Shown here piece after piece: positions 59,275-64,000 of a DNA stretch of 64,000 nt; the stretch's first letter is position 1, and each line of letters begins with the position of its first letter. Below the pieces are notes generated by a model. It searched no databases, was not told the DNA's origin, and saw only the letters and a list, made by a program, of their open reading frames with translations. The translations under genes were made by a program, and so were the position numbers. Source of the DNA: an uncultured delta proteobacterium (GTDB lineage: Bacteria; Myxococcota_A; Polyangia; Polyangiales; Polyangiaceae); the NCBI GenBank assembly GCA_963850305.1, contig CAWKKR010000008.1, forward strand, positions 1,024,001 to 1,088,000, read 5' to 3'.

Positions 59275-59939
59275 CGGCCAGCCACGGCACGACGGATATC
59301 GGCAATGGCCGTCTTTCGATCGGCTTTCCCGAACACGGCATTGCCCGCGACGAGAACACTCGCGCCAGCGTCGACCGCCTGCTTCGCCGTGGAGGGCGCA
59401 ATCCCGCCGTCGATCTCGAGCGCGATCGAGAGCCCGCGCGCGTCGATCTTTTCCCGCAGCGCGGCCACTTTCGGAAGGACAGCCGGAATGAATGCCTGCC
59501 CTCCGAAACCGGGATTCACGCTCATGACGAGCACGAGATCCAAGTCTTCGAGCACGTAATCGAGCACGGTCTCGGGGGTGTGCGGATTGAGGACGACCCC
59601 CGCCTTCTTTCCGAGCTGCCGGATCCGCGAAAGGGTGCGTTGAAGATGCACAGAAGCTTCCTCGTGCACGCTGATGATGTCCGCGCCTGCTTCCGCGAAA
59701 GCCTCGATGTACCGCTCGGGCTCGACAATCATCAGGTGCACGTCGAGTGGCAGTGGCGTCGCGCGCCGGGCGGCAGCAACGATAATCGGTCCGAGCGTGA
59801 TGTTCGGGACGAAGCGGCCGTCCATGACGTCGACGTGAATCCAATCGGCGCCGCTCGCTTCTGCGTCGCGGACTTCGTCCGACAGACGTCCGAGGTCGGC
59901 GCTCAGTATGGAGGGTGCGATGCGCACCGCCTGGGTCAT
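59271..59939 (-). CDS. rpe: Ribulose-phosphate 3-epimerase
   Basis: IAPSILSAD, HVDVMDG.FVPN, DVHLM, MSVNPGFGGQ, IDGGI. Confidence 0.98.
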   Translation of the reverse strand: MTQAVRIAPSILSADLGRLSDEVRDAEASGADWIHVDVMDGRFVPNITLGPIIVAAARRATPLPLDVHLMIVEPERYIEAFAEAGADIISVHEEASVHLQRTLSRIRQLGKKAGVVLNPHTPETVLDYVLEDLDLVLVMSVNPGFGGQAFIPAVLPKVAALREKIDARGLSIALEIDGGIAPSTAKQAVDAGASVLVAGNAVFGKADRKTAIADIRRAVAGR

Positions 59940-60228
59940 CGAGCCCTCCGTTACACGAGCTCGGCCGAGACGGCCAGCGCCGAAGTCATCGAGCAGCGGC
60001 GCTTTGGTTCGAAGCGCGCGGCGGCGCCCGTCCGAGTCAACCTGACGCCCTTTTTCGGCGCCACGGGTAACGGCGCTCTGACGGCGCTCTGGCCAGCGTT
60101 TTCGGGGATCAGCTCAGCTAGGTTCGCCCCAACCCGCGGCCCAAATCGAGGACGCGCAGTGGCGCGACCTCGCGCCGCCCATGCTACCCTTTGGCGCCAG
60201 CGCGGATTTCGGGCAGCGTTGTTTCAAC

Positions 60229-60675
60229 ATGATCACGAGAGCCCTCGGCAAGCAAGACTACGATCACATCGTCCAGGTCATCGACCGCTGGTGGGGTGGG
60301 CCAACGAGCGCGCTCGCGCATCCGCTCTTTTTCTACGAACTCGGCGCCCTCGCGCGGGTGGTCGAACACGATGGTATCCTCGTCGGGTTCCTGTTCGGCT
60401 TCATCGCCCCGGGGCCGCCCAAGACGGGCTACGTCCACCTGGTCGGGATCCATCCCGACTACCGTCGACGGGGCGTCGGTAAGGTGCTCTGCCAAACGTT
60501 CGAAGAGGACTGCCGGGCTGTCGGCTGTCGGCGACTCAAGGCCATCACCGCAATTGGCAACGATGGATCCATCGCGTTTCATCGTGCGACCGGGTGGAAC
60601 GTGACCCTCGTGGAAGATTACGCGGGACCAGCGCGTCCACGCATCGTCTTCGACAAGACCCTCGAATCGGACTGA
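60229..60675 (+). CDS. GNAT-family acetyltransferase
   Basis: 'GIHPDYRRRGVG', 'N..SIAFH...G'. Confidence 0.92.
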   Translation: MITRALGKQDYDHIVQVIDRWWGGPTSALAHPLFFYELGALARVVEHDGILVGFLFGFIAPGPPKTGYVHLVGIHPDYRRRGVGKVLCQTFEEDCRAVGCRRLKAITAIGNDGSIAFHRATGWNVTLVEDYAGPARPRIVFDKTLESD

Positions 60676-60696
60676 AAAGGAGGACGAGAAGACATC

Positions 60697-61203
60697 ATGG
60701 GTGAGAGCCCTCCCAACATCGAGGATCTTCGCCACGTCGGTCTCTTCGGCGCCATCAGCGACGAGATTCTGGAGTTTCTGGCCTCGAAGCTCGTGATGCT
60801 CATGCCGAAATCCGGCGACGTCATTTTTCGAGAGGGAGATGCGGCTCGCGACATGTTCGTCGTGATGAGCGGCGAGATGGAGGTGCAGAAGCGCAGTCAG
60901 ACGGGCCTGGACGCACGGGTGGCACTGCTCGGACCGGGGGATTGGTTCGGTGAGATGAGCATTCTCGACGTCCAGCCTCGTTCGGCGAGCGTGCGCGTGC
61001 TCGCGCCGAGCCGGCTTCTCCGGATCAGCGCCGCGGATCTCGACGCGCTCTATCGCCGCGATACCCGCGCGTACGCGATCATCGTTCTCAACATCGCACG
61101 CGAGCTGAGTCGCCGGTTGCGCGTCGCGGACGGCCTCCTCGCGGATTTCGTGATCAACGTGATGGGGCACTACGTGGATCGCCGCCGGCCCCCGGCGAGC
61201 TGA
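60697..61203 (+). CDS. Stand-alone cyclic-nucleotide-binding domain protein
   Basis: IFREGD, FGEMSILD..PRSASV; no HTH; RBS AGGAGG. Confidence 0.92.
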   Translation: MGESPPNIEDLRHVGLFGAISDEILEFLASKLVMLMPKSGDVIFREGDAARDMFVVMSGEMEVQKRSQTGLDARVALLGPGDWFGEMSILDVQPRSASVRVLAPSRLLRISAADLDALYRRDTRAYAIIVLNIARELSRRLRVADGLLADFVINVMGHYVDRRRPPAS

Positions 61204-61233
61204 CACACGCCGCGACGGCACCCCAAGGGGCCA

Positions 61234-61599
61234 CTACGGGGCGTCGGGTGGCTCCGTCCAACCCGAGTCGGGGCCGGCGTCATGCGGGCGTATGTCGCGA
61301 GCAGCGTCGGTGCCTGCGTCCGAGCTCACCGTCAAAACTCCGCCACCGCCGGTACCCGTAGCGCCACCGAGATCGGCCGAGCTTCCGCCCGGACCCTCGG
61401 AACCCGTGAATCCGCCTGAGCCGTAGTTCATGGCGCTCCCGCCACTCCCCGACGTGACGAGTTCGCTGCCGCCCTCACCAGACCCGTTGAGTCCCGAAGC
61501 TGGGCTGGCATTCTCGGGTTGCGGATTCAGATCACACGCCGAGACGACTGCTGCTCCGACAACGAGGAGCGTCGCCCACGCACGAATTCTCCGAGCCAT
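61234..61599 (-). CDS. Small Gly/Ser-rich lipoprotein
   Basis: Lipobox VSAC, 'LNPQP', low-complexity GSGG and DAG segments. Confidence 0.7.
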   Translation of the reverse strand: MARRIRAWATLLVVGAAVVSACDLNPQPENASPASGLNGSGEGGSELVTSGSGGSAMNYGSGGFTGSEGPGGSSADLGGATGTGGGGVLTVSSDAGTDAARDIRPHDAGPDSGWTEPPDAP

Positions 61600-61744
61600 C
61601 CCATTCGGGGGAGTAGCACAAGTTGGGCCACTTAAACTTCAGGACGAATTAGCACTCGCTTTTACCGTGCGCGCCCATGGTTGGCACAGGTTGGCACAGC
61701 TCCATGACGTGCACTGCAGCCCGCTTCGTCTAGCCGTGGGGTCT

Positions 61745-62584
61745 TCAGGAGCCTTCCCGCCACCGTAGGCCGCGCGCTCTCTCCAGCAAGCGGAGCGCGG
61801 GCCCGAGATCTGGGGGCTGCTTTCTGAGAGAGCGCGCCATGACGTCGAGTTCCGTCACCAACGCGTCCAGGACGACGCTTACTTCGTCAGCGTTGGTCGC
61901 GAGGATGTCTCGCCACATCGCTTCGCCGCCGCCAGCCACGCGCGTCGCGCTGTGAAATCCGGGGCCCGCCGCGACGAGGGCGTCACGGCTCTCCGCGAGC
62001 ACGGCGAGCACGCTCGCGAGCAACTGAGGCACGTGACTCGTCAGCGCAACGGCGCGATCGTGCTCGTCAGCGGTGAGGCGAAGAGGAACCGCGCCGACGC
62101 CCGTTACCAAGTGTTCGACCCGCGCGACGGCCGACGCCTCGCTCTGTTCGGGACAGAGCAGCCAGGGTCGACCTTCGAACAGATCCGCGCGCGCCCGCTG
62201 GATGCCGCCCTGGGGAAGGCCGGCCATCGGATGACCGGGGACGAACCGGTGACAGCGACTGGACCGCGCGGCGCTGGCGAGAATGGCGCGCTTCGTCGAA
62301 CCGCAATCCGTGACGGCCTCCGAGACGTCGAGTACCTCGCCGATGTTGGCTTCGATGGCGCCGACCGGGGTCGCGACGACCACCAAATCCGCACCAGCCA
62401 ACACTTCTCTCACTCGAGCATCCTCCGCCACGTCGATGAGATCGTCCGCCGCGCCTCTCGCTTCCGGCAGCGCCAGAACGTCCGCGCGGTCGACGGCCAC
62501 GACGCGCTCGGCAACGCGCCGCATCCGCGCGGCGAGCGCAATGGACCCGCCGATGAGCCCGAAGCCGACGATCGCGAGGCGCAC
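61745..62584 (-). CDS. tyrA: Prephenate/arogenate dehydrogenase
   Basis: GFGLIGGS, DCGSTK, GHPMAG, HD..VA..SH.P, TRVA, MWRDI. Confidence 0.93.
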   Translation of the reverse strand: MRLAIVGFGLIGGSIALAARMRRVAERVVAVDRADVLALPEARGAADDLIDVAEDARVREVLAGADLVVVATPVGAIEANIGEVLDVSEAVTDCGSTKRAILASAARSSRCHRFVPGHPMAGLPQGGIQRARADLFEGRPWLLCPEQSEASAVARVEHLVTGVGAVPLRLTADEHDRAVALTSHVPQLLASVLAVLAESRDALVAAGPGFHSATRVAGGGEAMWRDILATNADEVSVVLDALVTELDVMARSLRKQPPDLGPALRLLERARGLRWREGS

Positions 62585-62605
62585 GACTCCCCGATGTTGC
62601 CACCC

Positions 62606-63472
62606 TTACGACCGGAGGGCTTCCCCGATCGCGCGAAGGCGGTTCGCAATGTCCACTGCCGCGGACCACGAGAGTGTCGCCGGGACCCTGGGCCTGACGT
62701 CGGCCGACCCGACCCATACTCGCAAAATCACGCCGTTCGCACCCGCGGCGATTGCGGCCGCAGCGATGGCACCGCAGTGATCTCGATGTCCGGAGACGAC
62801 GGGGACGTCCACGACCAATGGGAGATGGGTCGCGGTCCGAACCCTGGGGAAACTCGTGATCTCGAGGGTGCGCGTGCCGTCCGGGTAGGCCCCGCCAGCC
62901 TCGAGCAATACGACGCCCTCGGCTCCCCGAACGAGCTCGCGCTCGGCAGCTTCGAGCCAGGCACACGATGTTGCGCTCGGCTCCCGCGTCACGAACGAGA
63001 TGGGCCATTTCGCGCCCATCGGCTGAGGGTGAATCGACAGACATGCGAGCGCGCCTACACTGTCGGAACACTCGGCAGAGCGGCTGACGGCGGCGTCGAA
63101 GGGTCGACCCGCGGCGACGTCGTACGGCAACGACGGCGGCGACGCATCCGACGGCCGCTCGGCTCCGACGGTCTCCACCCCAATCCAAGGCCGCTCGCCG
63201 CCGATGGCCCCCCATTCACCCTCGACGATCGACGGCCGCTGCCGGAATCGCCGCGACGCCAGCCGATAGGGGTGGCTCACACGAACGACCTTGGCGACCG
63301 ATTCCATTTCAGCGACGACGGCGGCGTCGCTCGGTCCGACGCTACCCACCACCCCGAGGATGGTCCTGTTCTGCCCGCTCGACCGGTGAACGTCCGAGCC
63401 CGCCCCGGTCAAGTACGCGACGACGGCCTCGATGGCCCCGTCGGACGCTTCCACCTCCATCACTACGATCAT
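62606..63472 (-). CDS. Degenerate type I-beta DAHP synthase homologue with the regulatory domain intact and catalytic motifs lost
   Basis: MIVVM...H.S.G..RTILG.VG...PYRLASR N-terminus; barrel remnants THLPLVVD, AIAAGANG. Confidence 0.8.
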   Translation of the reverse strand: MIVVMEVEASDGAIEAVVAYLTGAGSDVHRSSGQNRTILGVVGSVGPSDAAVVAEMESVAKVVRVSHPYRLASRRFRQRPSIVEGEWGAIGGERPWIGVETVGAERPSDASPPSLPYDVAAGRPFDAAVSRSAECSDSVGALACLSIHPQPMGAKWPISFVTREPSATSCAWLEAAERELVRGAEGVVLLEAGGAYPDGTRTLEITSFPRVRTATHLPLVVDVPVVSGHRDHCGAIAAAAIAAGANGVILRVWVGSADVRPRVPATLSWSAAVDIANRLRAIGEALRS

Positions 63473-63559
63473 GGCCTTGCCGGAGCTTATCAAATCCGGT
63501 GCCTCTGGCGGCAGGCGTTAACGAGCGGTACGTTCATGGGCCTAGAACTGCCCGCGCCC

Positions 63560-64000
63560 ATGTCGAACCAGAACGTCGATCCCCACATCGGCAGCCTCGT
63601 GGCAGGCCGGTACCGAATCATCAAGCCCCTCGGCGAGGGCGGAATGGGTCAGGTCTATCTAGCCGAACACGAGGCGATCGAAAAAAAGGTCGCGCTCAAG
63701 GTGCTTCGGCCCGAGTACAGCCGCAAAGAAGACATCATCACCCGCTTTCAGCAGGAAGCGATCAGCGCGTCGCGTATCAAACATCCGAACGTCCTCGACG
63801 TGTTCGACTTCGGGAGGCTCGACACAGGCGAAGCATTTCTGGCAATGGAATTTTTGGAGGGGCACGATCTCGCGGACGAGGTCGCCAAGGTGGGGACCCT
63901 CCACCCGAGTCGTGCGCTGCCGATAGCGCTGCAAATTTGCCGCGCGCTCGCCGCAGCCCACGCGCGCGGCGTCGTCCATCGCGACATGAAGCCGGACAAC
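63560..64000 (+). CDS. Ser/Thr protein kinase, N-terminal part (runs off the window)
   Basis: Manual translation: GRYRIIKPLGEGGMGQVY, VALK, HPNVL, HRDMKPDN. Confidence 0.95.
   Translation, partial: MSNQNVDPHIGSLVAGRYRIIKPLGEGGMGQVYLAEHEAIEKKVALKVLRPEYSRKEDIITRFQQEAISASRIKHPNVLDVFDFGRLDTGEAFLAMEFLEGHDLADEVAKVGTLHPSRALPIALQICRALAAAHARGVVHRDMKPDN

Overview
GC-rich bacterial chromosomal segment that is mostly core genome. The gene content (AgmX/PglI-type C-terminal domain, DUF4388-type domains, PEGA-domain Ser/Thr kinases, CarD/CdnL, many Cys-rich lipoproteins) points to Myxococcota, probably Polyangiales (inference). It holds about 60 CDS. Housekeeping genes: purC, coaD, ppx/gppA, carD, rnc, trmL, rph, queE, dapF, aroK-aroB fusion, zapA, bioF, bioD, ccmA-like, rpe, tyrA. 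Also present are a MoxR-DUF58-transglutaminase operon, a sigma54 response regulator, kinases, peptidases and an orphan DNA methyltransferase. No rRNA, tRNA, CRISPR, integrase or transposase was recognised. The most notable items are: (1) an apparently catalytically dead DAHP-synthase homologue that keeps its regulatory domain and sits upstream of tyrA; (2) a 15-copy hairpin-forming 21-bp tandem array; (3) an orphan FliH/SctL gene coupled to a small protein and a site-2 protease; (4) a parS site inside bioF; (5) recurrent -10 boxes exactly 6 nt before start codons, suggesting leaderless mRNAs; (6) a Kelch-repeat gene with two compensating homopolymer frameshifts; (7) a 51-aa histone H1-like protein. 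No complete novel system can be proven from the sequence alone. Product calls come from motif recognition by eye, without database searches.
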